Below, in pieces: positions 19,187-29,151 of a stretch of 64,000 nucleotides of DNA. The notes under the pieces were generated by a model. The model made no database searches, was not told the origin of the DNA, and saw only the letters and a program-made list of their open reading frames with translations. Position 1 is the first letter of the stretch, and each line of letters starts with the position of its first letter. Both the position numbers and the translations under genes were made by a program. The stretch is from an uncultured Gammaproteobacteria bacterium (GTDB lineage: Bacteria; Patescibacteriota; Microgenomatia; CAYQLK01), in contig CAYUKQ010000004.1 in NCBI GenBank assembly GCA_964445355.1, positions 1,028 through 65,027 on the forward strand, written 5' to 3'.

Positions 19187-19942
19187 ATGAAGAAAATAAC
19201 AAATAAAAGGCCCAAAAAGCCTCATTTATCTTTGCCTTGCGAAAGCAGGAGAGCTTTCCAAGGCTTCAAACTACTCCCATTAGTTTTTATTGGTCTGAAA
19301 ATCGCTAAAAAGATCAGACTTACTTTGCCTATAATTATTATGGGTTTTATTAATGTGATATTTAAATACTATAAACAGTTTTTGAAATTCAAATACAAGT
19401 TCAAAACCTTAAAGTATGGGGTGATTGCGATAGTCTTTACCTTAGTATTTGCATTAATTTCTGTAGATCATAGCCAAACCAAAAAACAGGAGACGGTTGA
19501 AACAATTATTGCTACCAGTGAAGAGAGTCATAATTTTGGGCAGATTTCTAGTGAAATTGGATGGGAATCTTGGGATGAAGATTTTGTATTGCCTGTCTCA
19601 GGTTACAAGAGTCAAGGATACCACCGTGGACATAACGGAATAGATTACGCAACTGAAATATACTCCCCTGTTCACCCTATTACTGCCGGTGAGGTTATCC
19701 ATGCCGGATGGGAACAAGGGGGATACGGCATTTCTGTAATTGTGGATCATGGTCATGATTTAGTTGCCAGATATGCACACCTAGCTAATACTAAAGTAAA
19801 AGTTGGCGACAAGATCAGAACCGACGATATTGTTGGTGAAGTTGGATTAACCGGAAGAACGAGTGGTCCTCACGTACACGTGGAAATTTATGATCAAAGC
19901 ATCAATATTAACCCAGAAAACTTTATACCTCTGGTAAAGTAA
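19187..19942 (+). CDS. M23-family (LytM) peptidoglycan endopeptidase
   Basis: HxxxD...HxH motifs (HRGHNGIDY...GPHVHVEIY) with an N-terminal TM. Confidence 0.85.
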   Translation: MKKITNKRPKKPHLSLPCESRRAFQGFKLLPLVFIGLKIAKKIRLTLPIIIMGFINVIFKYYKQFLKFKYKFKTLKYGVIAIVFTLVFALISVDHSQTKKQETVETIIATSEESHNFGQISSEIGWESWDEDFVLPVSGYKSQGYHRGHNGIDYATEIYSPVHPITAGEVIHAGWEQGGYGISVIVDHGHDLVARYAHLANTKVKVGDKIRTDDIVGEVGLTGRTSGPHVHVEIYDQSININPENFIPLVK

Positions 19943-19955
19943 AAACTCAGTATAC

Positions 19956-20480
19956 TTAACGAGGTCTGAGTTTTGGAATTTTGGTCGGATTTTCGGATTT
20001 TTTGACTTTTTTTTTCTCAACAGGAGTATGTTGTGAGAGCTCCTCGTAAAGAACTTTTAGCTTGATAGGATTTGCAACTTTTTCCATAATGATTGCGTGT
20101 TTGTCGTATCCTGCTGTAACAATATCTAAATCTCCTGAATTATATATAAACCTTTCTAAAAACGACTGTTCAACGGTAACATGTGTAATTCGATTGATTG
20201 GCGCTGATGTAATTTTTTTTGAAAAAAGACCTTCAATAATTATGAATCTACGATCAGTAATTGCATAACTAATTTCGTGATTTTTTCTAAGAACCCTGAG
20301 TAATTTAGGCAATCCAACCAATAAAAAGGCAAGCGGGAGCCAAAAAGCGATTTGAATATATAAGTATCTTTGGCTGATACCGCTAAAATACAACACTTCC
20401 TCGTGGGGTGTAAGGTATTTTTTTATTTTTTTTAACTTTTTGCTGCTTGGTTTTTGCAGACCGTACTCTGATAAATTCAT
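19956..20480 (-). CDS. membrane protein with a bacterial PH (YdbS/YdbT-like) domain
   Basis: Two TM helices followed by a bPH-like domain. Confidence 0.45.
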   Translation of the reverse strand: MNLSEYGLQKPSSKKLKKIKKYLTPHEEVLYFSGISQRYLYIQIAFWLPLAFLLVGLPKLLRVLRKNHEISYAITDRRFIIIEGLFSKKITSAPINRITHVTVEQSFLERFIYNSGDLDIVTAGYDKHAIIMEKVANPIKLKVLYEELSQHTPVEKKKVKKSENPTKIPKLRPR

Positions 20481-20531
20481 TATTCTTCATTATAGTATCT
20501 AGCGGTATTTATAAAAAAATTTGGGAGAGAA

Positions 20532-21146
20532 TTAAATTAAACCCGACAGTATAATCGGACCAGGACGAGGATCATTTTCAGTCGTATCTTGACTTAATGA
20601 TTCAAGCGTAACTATGACTGAATCAAAGCCGTAAAAATCTGAATTTGGCAGTGAAAAAGTGAGCGTATAAACACCTAATTCATTTTTTAATACACCAAGC
20701 GGCTGTACAAAAGGGCTTAAATCAATGTTACGCTTGTAAGATAAATTGCCGAAGAATAATCCGTACCTCTCATCAGATTCAGAACTACTTGTTTTCCCCG
20801 GACCACCATTGATACCAGCATCAACCAAATACGCATGAAGCCTAGTATGCTCTGGTAAAACTAAATTTTTAAGATCGACATTAAGCTTGATCTCCCCACC
20901 AACAACATCAACGACCGCTGTTCCAGTAATTCCATCCAGTTTCGTGCTGATTGCCAACGGGGTTTGTGAAAGTATTAGCTCCTTGCCACTGACCGTGTCT
21001 TTGATTGTAATATTTTCTTCTACTGAGATATCAGGTATGCGTGTTTGTGTCAACACATAGCCTGAGGCTATACCGATGCAAAAGAGAACAAAATAAATTA
21101 ATATTTGTGTGGGCGTAATTAGTTTTTGAGATTTTTTCTTAGCCAT
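20532..21146 (-). CDS. membrane-anchored hypothetical protein
   Basis: N-terminal TM and a beta-rich extracytoplasmic part. Confidence 0.35.
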   Translation of the reverse strand: MAKKKSQKLITPTQILIYFVLFCIGIASGYVLTQTRIPDISVEENITIKDTVSGKELILSQTPLAISTKLDGITGTAVVDVVGGEIKLNVDLKNLVLPEHTRLHAYLVDAGINGGPGKTSSSESDERYGLFFGNLSYKRNIDLSPFVQPLGVLKNELGVYTLTFSLPNSDFYGFDSVIVTLESLSQDTTENDPRPGPIILSGLI

Positions 21147-21287
21147 CTACTTGTCTTGGTTAAATTTTAGGGCGTTTATTGTGTAAAGAACTGTTTGCCA
21201 AACAATAATGAATGCAATAAAGGTCACTAACAAAAATATTTGAGTTCGCTAAAAACTAAAGCGCACAGAATCAGTTTATGGCGAAAA

Positions 21288-22916
21288 CTACATTCCCATG
21301 TCGCCCATGCCACCCATTCCAGCCATTGGGTTTTTGGACTCATCGACTGGTTTTTCTGTAACCAAAGCTTCCGTAGTAATCACCATTGTTGCTACAGAGG
21401 TGGCATTCTCAACGGCTGATCTGGTGACCTTTGCCGGGTCAACAATTCCAGAAGTAAGCATTGATTCAAACTGTCCTGACATAACATTGAAGCCAGTGTC
21501 ATCACTTTTTGACTCAATCTCTTTAATCACCCATCCGGCCTCAACACCGGCATTGAGGGCAATCCAACGCAATGGCTCGACAAGAGCAGCTTTGATGATG
21601 TTAATTCCGATCAACTCGTCGTCGTTTGCTGGTTTAAGTTTGCTAAGCGCCTTAGCGGCTCTAACCAGAGTAACACCGCCACCAGGAACAATACCCTCTT
21701 CAAGAGCAGCTTTTGTAGCTTCAACAGCATCCTTGACACGCTCTAGTCGTTCTTTCATTTCGACTTCTGTGGCTGCTCCAACATTAATTACAGCCACACC
21801 GCCGCTAAGTTTGGCAAGTCGCTCTTTGAGTTTTTCTTTATCGAAGTCGTTAGTTGCTCCATCAATCTCTTTTTGAATCGAAGCAATACGTGATTTGACC
21901 GCTGATTTAGCCTGATCAGCCACGATAATTGTAGACTCTTTATCAGATTGAACTTTTTTGGCAAAGCCTAAGTCTTCAGTAGTTGCCGAATCGAGTTTTC
22001 GGCCGAGTTCTTCTGAAATGACTGTTCCGCCGGTGAGGATTGCAATATCTTCAAGCATTGCTTTACGCCTGTCGCCGAATCCTGGGGCTTTGACCGCCAG
22101 AACATTGAAGGTACCACGAAGCTTGTTGAGAACCAACGTTGCTAAGGCCTCCCCTTCTATTTCATCGGCAATGATCACCAGATTTTTGGTGGTTTTGATT
22201 AAATTTTCAAGCATCGGCAGAAGATCGTTAATGGAACTGATCTTATAGTCGGTAATTAATACTGCGGCATCATTGATCTCCGCAAGCATTCTTTCCTGAT
22301 CAGTAACAAAGTACGGCGATGCGTACCCTTTGTCGAATTCCATACCCTCTTTGTATTCAATACCTGTTTCAAGCCCCTTGCTTTCTTCGACAGTCACAAC
22401 ACCATTATTACCTACTTTTTCTAAGGCTTCGGCTACAATATCTCCGATGAAAGGATCGGCGGCGGAAACAGTCGCAACCTGAGCAATCCCCTCTTTACCA
22501 ACTACCGGCTTGGCCATAGATTTGATTTGCTTAATTACAGCATCACGAGCTTTTTCGAGGCCGGATCTGATAGCCATCGGATTACTCCCGGCAGTAACAA
22601 CTTTAAGACCTTCTTTGATGATAGCTTCTGCAAGAACAGTGGCGGTGGTTGTCCCGTCGCCTGCTACATCATTAGTTCGACTGGCTGCTTCCTTGATCAA
22701 CTGGGCCCCCATATTTTCAAAAGGATCGGATAATTCAATTTCCTTTGCCACACTAACACCATCATGAATAACAGAAGGGCCGCCCCATTTCTTATCAAGA
22801 GCAACGTTTCGTCCTTTGGGCCCAAGAGTAGTTTTCACTGCCTTGGCTAATGTTTCTGCACCTTTTAATAGTTTTTCTCTGGCTTCTGCGCCAAAAATGA
22901 TTTCTTTTGCTGCCAT
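21288..22916 (-). CDS. groL: chaperonin GroEL
   Basis: Full-length, highly conserved sequence with a C-terminal GGM repeat ([12 protein letters not shown]). Confidence 0.97.
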   Translation of the reverse strand: MAAKEIIFGAEAREKLLKGAETLAKAVKTTLGPKGRNVALDKKWGGPSVIHDGVSVAKEIELSDPFENMGAQLIKEAASRTNDVAGDGTTTATVLAEAIIKEGLKVVTAGSNPMAIRSGLEKARDAVIKQIKSMAKPVVGKEGIAQVATVSAADPFIGDIVAEALEKVGNNGVVTVEESKGLETGIEYKEGMEFDKGYASPYFVTDQERMLAEINDAAVLITDYKISSINDLLPMLENLIKTTKNLVIIADEIEGEALATLVLNKLRGTFNVLAVKAPGFGDRRKAMLEDIAILTGGTVISEELGRKLDSATTEDLGFAKKVQSDKESTIIVADQAKSAVKSRIASIQKEIDGATNDFDKEKLKERLAKLSGGVAVINVGAATEVEMKERLERVKDAVEATKAALEEGIVPGGGVTLVRAAKALSKLKPANDDELIGINIIKAALVEPLRWIALNAGVEAGWVIKEIESKSDDTGFNVMSGQFESMLTSGIVDPAKVTRSAVENATSVATMVITTEALVTEKPVDESKNPMAGMGGMGDMGM

Positions 22917-22920
22917 ATAG

Positions 22921-23220
22921 TTATTTGTTTATTTTTGCCATTAAATCTTCGAACTTGAGTAATGAATACTCTACACCGTCAATTTTTATTTCATTTCCAG
23001 CCCATTTTTTATAAAGCACCATGTCTTTTACATTGACTGGGGATTTTTTTTCTTGCCCATCTTCAAATACAGAATCACCAACTGCCAAGACTTCTCCTTC
23101 TGATGGTTTTTCTGTGTTAGCGGTGTCGGGCAAAATAATACCAGATGTGGTTTTGGTTTGAGATTCTTTTGGTTTGATAAGAATGTAACCGGCAAGCGGT
23201 TTAATTTTTGTTATTTCCAT
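22921..23220 (-). CDS. groS: co-chaperonin GroES
   Basis: 99-aa conserved GroES sequence directly upstream of groL. Confidence 0.95.
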   Translation of the reverse strand: MEITKIKPLAGYILIKPKESQTKTTSGIILPDTANTEKPSEGEVLAVGDSVFEDGQEKKSPVNVKDMVLYKKWAGNEIKIDGVEYSLLKFEDLMAKINK

Positions 23221-23235
23221 AATGTTTTTGAGATT

Positions 23236-23275
23236 TTAGCATTGATATTGTAAAAGTGCTAATTTTTTTTGTCAA
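23236..23275 (-). promoter_or_regulatory. CIRCE-like HrcA operator (TTAGCATTG-N9-AAGTGCTAA) overlapping the groES promoter
   Basis: The inverted repeat at 23236-23262 matches the CIRCE consensus TTAGCACTC-N9-GAGTGCTAA with three mismatches. On the minus strand, TTGACA (complement of 23270-23275) and TACAAT (complement of 23246-23251) are 18 nt apart. Confidence 0.7.
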
Positions 23276-24164
23276 TATTTCGACCAAAGAGTAATTTACG
23301 CTCAGATTCTGTGATTTTTATGTTATGTGCATTTAAAACCTGCTTGAACTTGCGAAGTGTAATTGAATGATAATCGATAGGATGAAAACGTATTTGAGAA
23401 GCGCTCACTTTTTCAATTGTGAGATGTTGCAACATATACAAGTATTGCAAACGAAAAAATAACCAGTCGGTTAATTTTAATAATAGGAAGGTTTTTGGTG
23501 GAATTACTGATTCTAAATCGACACTCATACAAGCATTAGGAAAAATTTTGGATGTCCATTGATTGTTTTTAAGAAATTTTTCATAAGTCTGATTACGATT
23601 AAGCAGGGGGATTATTTGTAATATCTCTCTAGCGTAATAAATGTTTTTGGGCTGAATTAGCGTGTTTGCTTCGTCAATATACATATTCAAGCAAATCTTA
23701 TTATTCACGACTTGTGAGCGACGATTGCGTTTTTGCTTAAAAAACAGTAGGAATAGATTACAAAACAGTCTGGTGATCCAAACAGAGTCTTTTTGGCAAA
23801 TAATAAAAAAATCTATATCTGATTTTTTATCTGGACGTGAGGCTGCTACTGAACCAGAAACCGCGATAAGTCTAATTGTGGGAATAAATTTTAAAACACC
23901 GGTTGCTTGCGTAGCGAAGCTAAGTTTGGAATTTAAAATTTGTTTGTGACTATTAAAATCCGATTTTCGGCTTAATGAATAACGACCGTTTTGCTGATAA
24001 ATCTTACCCGATTTGACTAAGATCTGTAATTTTTTTTCGATTAAGGGCTTGGTGGTTTTTTGGAATATTAACCAGCGATAAACTTCATTAATGGTAAGCG
24101 AGTCGTTAAAAATCTGGGCATAACTGAGAGTAATTAAGATGCATTTGTTTAACATTAAACACAA
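23259..24164 (-). CDS. nucleotidyltransferase-fold protein (Pol-beta superfamily)
   Basis: G[S]x(n)DxD motif (SGSVAASRPDKKSDIDFFI). Confidence 0.45.
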   Translation of the reverse strand: MCLMLNKCILITLSYAQIFNDSLTINEVYRWLIFQKTTKPLIEKKLQILVKSGKIYQQNGRYSLSRKSDFNSHKQILNSKLSFATQATGVLKFIPTIRLIAVSGSVAASRPDKKSDIDFFIICQKDSVWITRLFCNLFLLFFKQKRNRRSQVVNNKICLNMYIDEANTLIQPKNIYYAREILQIIPLLNRNQTYEKFLKNNQWTSKIFPNACMSVDLESVIPPKTFLLLKLTDWLFFRLQYLYMLQHLTIEKVSASQIRFHPIDYHSITLRKFKQVLNAHNIKITESERKLLFGRNIDKKN

Positions 24165-24202
24165 TAATAACTTTTTTTGAGAAATAATTAAGACAAAAAA
24201 AC

Positions 24203-25525
24203 TTACTTACTTCCGAACTGTTCCGACACCTGCTTAAAGCCTTTTGCAAGAGTAATGATCGCTTTGTCAATAGCGGTTCGCGACAAATTACTTGAAATTG
24301 CCTCATCAACAGTTTGAGCCAGGTATGTAATATTCTGATCGTTAATGCCGTTATCAAAAGTGTTTGAGGCGATCGGATAGGATGTAGCCTTAACCATATC
24401 CTGAAGCACTGCACCAACAACCGGGTTGGAAATTACTGATTGTGCCAGATCAACCCTTGAATATGGTTCGCCAAAATCTCTAGATTGTGATTGATATCCA
24501 AAAAGCTTCTGTTGACTTTCGAATGACGAAATAAATTTGAGGAATTTCCAAGCAGCAACCTGTTTGTTTGCGGGAATCAAAGAACTGACACCTTCTGCCC
24601 AATATGATGCCCAGGTTACTTTGCGTTTGGAGTCGCTAGTTAGTTGAGGTACGGTTGTCGATTTGAAGTTCAGTGTGGGATTGGCGGCTTTGATATCAAA
24701 ATATTTCCAAGACGGCGCAAAATAAAAAGCTAAATTACCCTGAGTAAACATAACGCTTGATTTTGGCAGAGTTTCGTTCCAAATATTATTCTGACTGAAG
24801 CTTGAATAAAAAATTACCGCGTCTGTGGCTAAGTTTTTCCCGTCAACTGAAAGACTTTTTTCCAGATCGTTGAATTTGACCTGATTCTGGGCCATAAGCA
24901 AACCAAGAATATCGGAAAAATGATCAACATTACCACTGGTGCCGAGTGCTACTCCAGAGGTGCGAATCTTCCCTTCTTCATCTATGACAGTAATTTGATT
25001 TGCCATTGACCTGAGTTCTTCCCACGTCTGTGGAGGCGAAGCGAATCCTGCGGCTTTGAGAAGGTCTTCATTATAAAAAAGAGTTAAGCCGTCAACTTCA
25101 AGCGGTATACCCACGATACGATTGTTTATAGTTAAATCTTTTGAGGTGATAGGGTAAAATGTTTCCTGAAATTCTTTGGGCGAATAAACATCTGCGGGGA
25201 TTGATGCTAGTTTTTGATTGAACATTGACACCCATGTGTTGTGAAAACGAAAAATGTCTGGACCATTTTCAGTCCCAAGTGATGATGATAATCTTTCGCG
25301 GTAATTGGTTATGTTCTGTCTTGAATAATTAACAGTAATATTCGGATTTGTAGCGTTGAATTCGTCGATCAGCGGCTGGATAACCTGATCATCTTCCCAT
25401 AACCCCCAATAATTCAGGGTGACTGGTTCATTCTGAGACTGAGAAGAACCAAATGGAAGCTTGGAACATCCAGCAAGAAAAACGAGAACCAATAGTGAGG
25501 CGAAAATTCTAGTAATGGACAGCAT
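24203..25525 (-). CDS. ABC transporter extracellular solute-binding protein (family 1, sugar-type), lipoprotein
   Basis: Lipobox (LAGCS) and an SBP_bac_1-like sequence. No permease or ATPase genes are adjacent. Confidence 0.65.
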   Translation of the reverse strand: MLSITRIFASLLVLVFLAGCSKLPFGSSQSQNEPVTLNYWGLWEDDQVIQPLIDEFNATNPNITVNYSRQNITNYRERLSSSLGTENGPDIFRFHNTWVSMFNQKLASIPADVYSPKEFQETFYPITSKDLTINNRIVGIPLEVDGLTLFYNEDLLKAAGFASPPQTWEELRSMANQITVIDEEGKIRTSGVALGTSGNVDHFSDILGLLMAQNQVKFNDLEKSLSVDGKNLATDAVIFYSSFSQNNIWNETLPKSSVMFTQGNLAFYFAPSWKYFDIKAANPTLNFKSTTVPQLTSDSKRKVTWASYWAEGVSSLIPANKQVAAWKFLKFISSFESQQKLFGYQSQSRDFGEPYSRVDLAQSVISNPVVGAVLQDMVKATSYPIASNTFDNGINDQNITYLAQTVDEAISSNLSRTAIDKAIITLAKGFKQVSEQFGSK

Positions 25526-25632
25526 AAAAAATATTCGAAATGATTAGCTTTATGTTAGCATAATTTGAGTTGAAATTTAGGCAAGGAATTACATAAAGTA
25601 CAGCTTTTGAAATACAATTAAGCTACGACAGT

Positions 25633-27435
25633 ATGCTGGTGGAAAATACTAATCAGAGAGTGAAAAAAATAAATAAAAATTTAAAGCAAAAAAATCTAAG
25701 ACTTCAGAAACTTTTGGGTGTTGCGGGCATTGTAGTGTTTTTGAGCCTATTAACAGCTGGTTATTATCTTTTTTTTACTTCGCGGGTGAATTATGGGGTG
25801 AGTTTCATGGGCGAAGATCTGAGTTTTAGGACAAAACGAGAAGTAAAAAATATTATTGGAACAAAATTTGCAGAAATTGAGAATAAAAATATTCGAGTGG
25901 TTTCACAAAAATCATATTTATTTACCCCAAGGCAATTAGGTATTAGTCTAGATGAAAATACAACAACTGAAAAAGCGCTTGATACATTCAAAAAGGGAAA
26001 TATTGTCGATAATATATTGTTACAAATTGCATCAATTCGAAACAAATACAATCTGACGCCGGAACTTAACTGGGATGAGGCCGTTTTCGGAAGATTGATT
26101 GCTGATTTAGAGAAGGATGATACTTCTGACAAATCTAAACAGGCTGAATACAAAGTTGATAATAGTGTTGTAACGGTAATTCCAAGTGTGACCGGATCAG
26201 AAATTGATACTAATGATTTTAAAAATCAACTGAAAAGAGCGATTGAAATATCTGGCGATGTAAATCTAGTAAGAAAGACAAAACAGGTTGATTTTGATAC
26301 GGAAATGGCAGAAAAATTCCTTTCGACCGCAGAAAAAATATCCGGTATTGATATTCAGTTCAAATATGATCTGTATGTCTATAAACTTTCGGGTGAGGAC
26401 TTAATTGAATGGATTGTAATCAGAGAGGGTGAAAATAATGATTTTAAGCTGGAATTAAATGAAAATAAGAAATATCAAGAATTTTTTGAAAAAATTGCCA
26501 AATCAACAGACAGGATGGTTAAAAACCCTGTATTAAAAATTGAGGGCGATCGGGTGGTGGAGTTTGTGCCACCACAAGACGGAAGAGCGCTTGATACCCA
26601 AGAAACGATTGCAAAAGTTTTCAAGCAAATTGAAAAGGTTGGTTCTGATACCAATACAATAAGCGCTGATCTGGTAGTGCGAACAACAAAGCCAGAGGAT
26701 TTTGAAAATAACCAATACGGAATCCGCGAGTTTTTGTCTAGAGGAATATCGGATTTTAGCGGATCTGCTGCTGGAAGAATTCACAACATTAAACTTGCCG
26801 CGTCAAGAATAAACGGGTCTTTAATTGCACCTGGTGAGGAATTTTCGTTCAATAGACAACTTGGGGACGTGTCGGCTTCAACAGGTTATCAAAGTGCTTA
26901 TGTGATAGAGAACGGTAAAACAGTTCTGGGTGATGGTGGCGGAGTGTGCCAAGTATCAACAACGACATTTAGGGCAGCATTAAATGCGGGATTAAAAATT
27001 ACCACCCGATCTCCACATGCTTATAGGGTGGGCTACTATGAAAAATTAGGTTTTAAACCGGGATTAGATGCGGCAATTTATTATCCCAGTCTCGACTTAA
27101 GGTTTGTTAACAATACACCTAAATATATCTTGATTAGTGCTTATGTTTCGGGAACAAGACTGATATTCGATCTCTATGGCACTTCCGACGGTCGTGATGT
27201 AAAAATTTCGGAGCCGGTGGTTAGTAATTTACGCCCGGCACCGGAACCAAAATACCAGGATGACCCTACCCTACCCCGAGGAACAGTAAAACAGGTGGAT
27301 TTTGCGGCAAGTGGTGCAATTGCTAAATTTACACAAACTGTTCGGCTAAATGGTAGTGAAATAATTAATGACTCTTTTTCTTCAAATTACAGGCCATGGC
27401 AGGCAGTTTATCTGGTCGGCACAAAGGACAATTAG
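25633..27435 (+). CDS. VanW-family protein
   Basis: N-terminal TM and a VanW-domain signature (GGGVCQVSTT, RSPHAYRVGYYE). Confidence 0.7.
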   Translation: MLVENTNQRVKKINKNLKQKNLRLQKLLGVAGIVVFLSLLTAGYYLFFTSRVNYGVSFMGEDLSFRTKREVKNIIGTKFAEIENKNIRVVSQKSYLFTPRQLGISLDENTTTEKALDTFKKGNIVDNILLQIASIRNKYNLTPELNWDEAVFGRLIADLEKDDTSDKSKQAEYKVDNSVVTVIPSVTGSEIDTNDFKNQLKRAIEISGDVNLVRKTKQVDFDTEMAEKFLSTAEKISGIDIQFKYDLYVYKLSGEDLIEWIVIREGENNDFKLELNENKKYQEFFEKIAKSTDRMVKNPVLKIEGDRVVEFVPPQDGRALDTQETIAKVFKQIEKVGSDTNTISADLVVRTTKPEDFENNQYGIREFLSRGISDFSGSAAGRIHNIKLAASRINGSLIAPGEEFSFNRQLGDVSASTGYQSAYVIENGKTVLGDGGGVCQVSTTTFRAALNAGLKITTRSPHAYRVGYYEKLGFKPGLDAAIYYPSLDLRFVNNTPKYILISAYVSGTRLIFDLYGTSDGRDVKISEPVVSNLRPAPEPKYQDDPTLPRGTVKQVDFAASGAIAKFTQTVRLNGSEIINDSFSSNYRPWQAVYLVGTKDN

Positions 27436-27466
27436 GTTTGACTTATAGGATTATAATTACTGGAAC

Positions 27467-28012
27467 ATGAAAAAGGACTTGAGCATTGTTTTTGGATTAT
27501 TTGCAATCGTGGCGGCGGTTATTATTTATCAAGGTGCTTCTGGTGGAGCATTACTCCCAGGCAGCAAGAAAACAGCCACTAGTGAGGCAACAATGAATCC
27601 TACCGGGTCACAAGCAGACACCCCGATCAACACAAACCTGGCTACGACACAGGTAAAGATATTGCGATTAAAAGTGGAGGCAGAAGTCGCTGACACAATG
27701 GAAACAAGAGCAATTGGTCTCGGGGGTCGGGAAAGCTTAAGTGATGGACAGGGAATGTTGTTTGTTTTTGATTCGGAAGCGAAACACAGTTTTTGGATGA
27801 AAAATGTGAAGTTTGGGCTGGATATTATTTGGATGGATGGTAACAAAAAGGTTGTACATTTTGTAAAAAATACTTTGCCGGACCATGGAGGCAATCTTGA
27901 AATCTACACTCCCCCACAAAAGGCAAAGTATGTTTTGGAGGTAAATGGAGGTTCGATAGATAAATTTGGAGTAGAATTGGGCAATAAAGCATCTTTTGAT
28001 CTGAAAAAATAA
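27467..28012 (+). CDS. DUF192-family protein
   Basis: Signal/TM followed by a DUF192 core (GMLFVFD...FWMKNV...LDIIWMD). Confidence 0.6.
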   Translation: MKKDLSIVFGLFAIVAAVIIYQGASGGALLPGSKKTATSEATMNPTGSQADTPINTNLATTQVKILRLKVEAEVADTMETRAIGLGGRESLSDGQGMLFVFDSEAKHSFWMKNVKFGLDIIWMDGNKKVVHFVKNTLPDHGGNLEIYTPPQKAKYVLEVNGGSIDKFGVELGNKASFDLKK

Positions 28013-28051
28013 ATACTCCGGAATAAATCTAATCTATAATCAGTCATAAAA

Positions 28052-29038
28052 ATGAGATTACTTGGCATCGAGACCAGTTGCGACGAAACAAGCGCCGCTA
28101 TTGTTGAAAACGGTAAAAAAGTTTTATCAATCGCGACATTGAGTTCACTAAAAAAACAGATCAAATGGGGAGGGATTGTTCCAGAAGTTGCAGCAAGGGA
28201 GCAAGTTGAAGCAATAATTCCCGTGATCGAATTTTGTTTATCAGAATCAAAACTAACTATTGAAGATATTGATGGAGTTGCGGTTACTAACGGACCCGGC
28301 CTTCTTGGCTCTTTGTTGGTGGGTGTAGAAACAGCAAAAACGATCGCAATGGCACACAATAAACCAATCATGGGAGTAGATCACATGAAGGGGCATACTT
28401 ACGCAGTTTATTTGGAAAACAACACACCTCCACCGTTTCCATTTATGGGATTATTGGTTTCCGGAGGCCACACTCAAATTGTCAGCTGTAGAAATCATGA
28501 TGATATAAAAATAATCGGAGAAACCAGAGACGATTCGATCGGTGAGGCGTTTGATAAGGTTGCAAGACTGATCGGATTACCATATCCGGGTGGACCAGAA
28601 ATATCAAAACTGGCAAAAACCGTTAGTCAGACGAGGCTGAAATTACCAAGGCCAATGTTAAACAGTGGTGATTTTGATTTTTCTTTCTCAGGCATTAAAA
28701 CCGAAGTGTCAAAAATAGTTGAATCAAACCAATATTCGAGTGCTGAAATTGCGTATGAATTCCAAGAAGCAGTGACTGATGTGGTGGTTAAAAAATTAAA
28801 AAAAGCTAGTGGAATGTTCGCAATTAACAATATTGTGACTGGTGGCGGAGTTGCAGCAAACGAAAGATTGAGGGAAAAAATAAAAAGTGAATTTACGAAC
28901 ATATTCGAAACGCCACCAGTCTATTGCACGGATAACGGAGCTATGATAGCGGCTTATGCATATTACAATTGGAAGCCCGTGTCCTATCTTCAAATTAAGG
29001 CCGATCCGGGATTGAACTTGGAATATGAACAGTATTAA
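28052..29038 (+). CDS. tsaD: tRNA N6-adenosine threonylcarbamoyltransferase TsaD (Kae1/Gcp)
   Basis: MRLLGIETSCDETS N-terminus and conserved His/Gly motifs. Confidence 0.9.
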   Translation: MRLLGIETSCDETSAAIVENGKKVLSIATLSSLKKQIKWGGIVPEVAAREQVEAIIPVIEFCLSESKLTIEDIDGVAVTNGPGLLGSLLVGVETAKTIAMAHNKPIMGVDHMKGHTYAVYLENNTPPPFPFMGLLVSGGHTQIVSCRNHDDIKIIGETRDDSIGEAFDKVARLIGLPYPGGPEISKLAKTVSQTRLKLPRPMLNSGDFDFSFSGIKTEVSKIVESNQYSSAEIAYEFQEAVTDVVVKKLKKASGMFAINNIVTGGGVAANERLREKIKSEFTNIFETPPVYCTDNGAMIAAYAYYNWKPVSYLQIKADPGLNLEYEQY

Positions 29039-29151
29039 TTGTTTTATCTTGCGTCGCTTAAGCTAAATAGAACGAATTAATGTAAAATTCGGTTAAATTA
29101 TTTGTTGATTGCCATTTTATAGCTTGTATCGACAAAAATAAGTTTTTTTAT

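Noticed and set aside
21298-22767. Several plus-strand ORFs (192, 96, 85 and 68 aa) lie antisense within groEL.
   Set aside because: They are entirely contained in the highly conserved groL reading frame on the opposite strand and have an Ala/Ser/Pro-rich nonsense composition. They are codon-bias artefacts.
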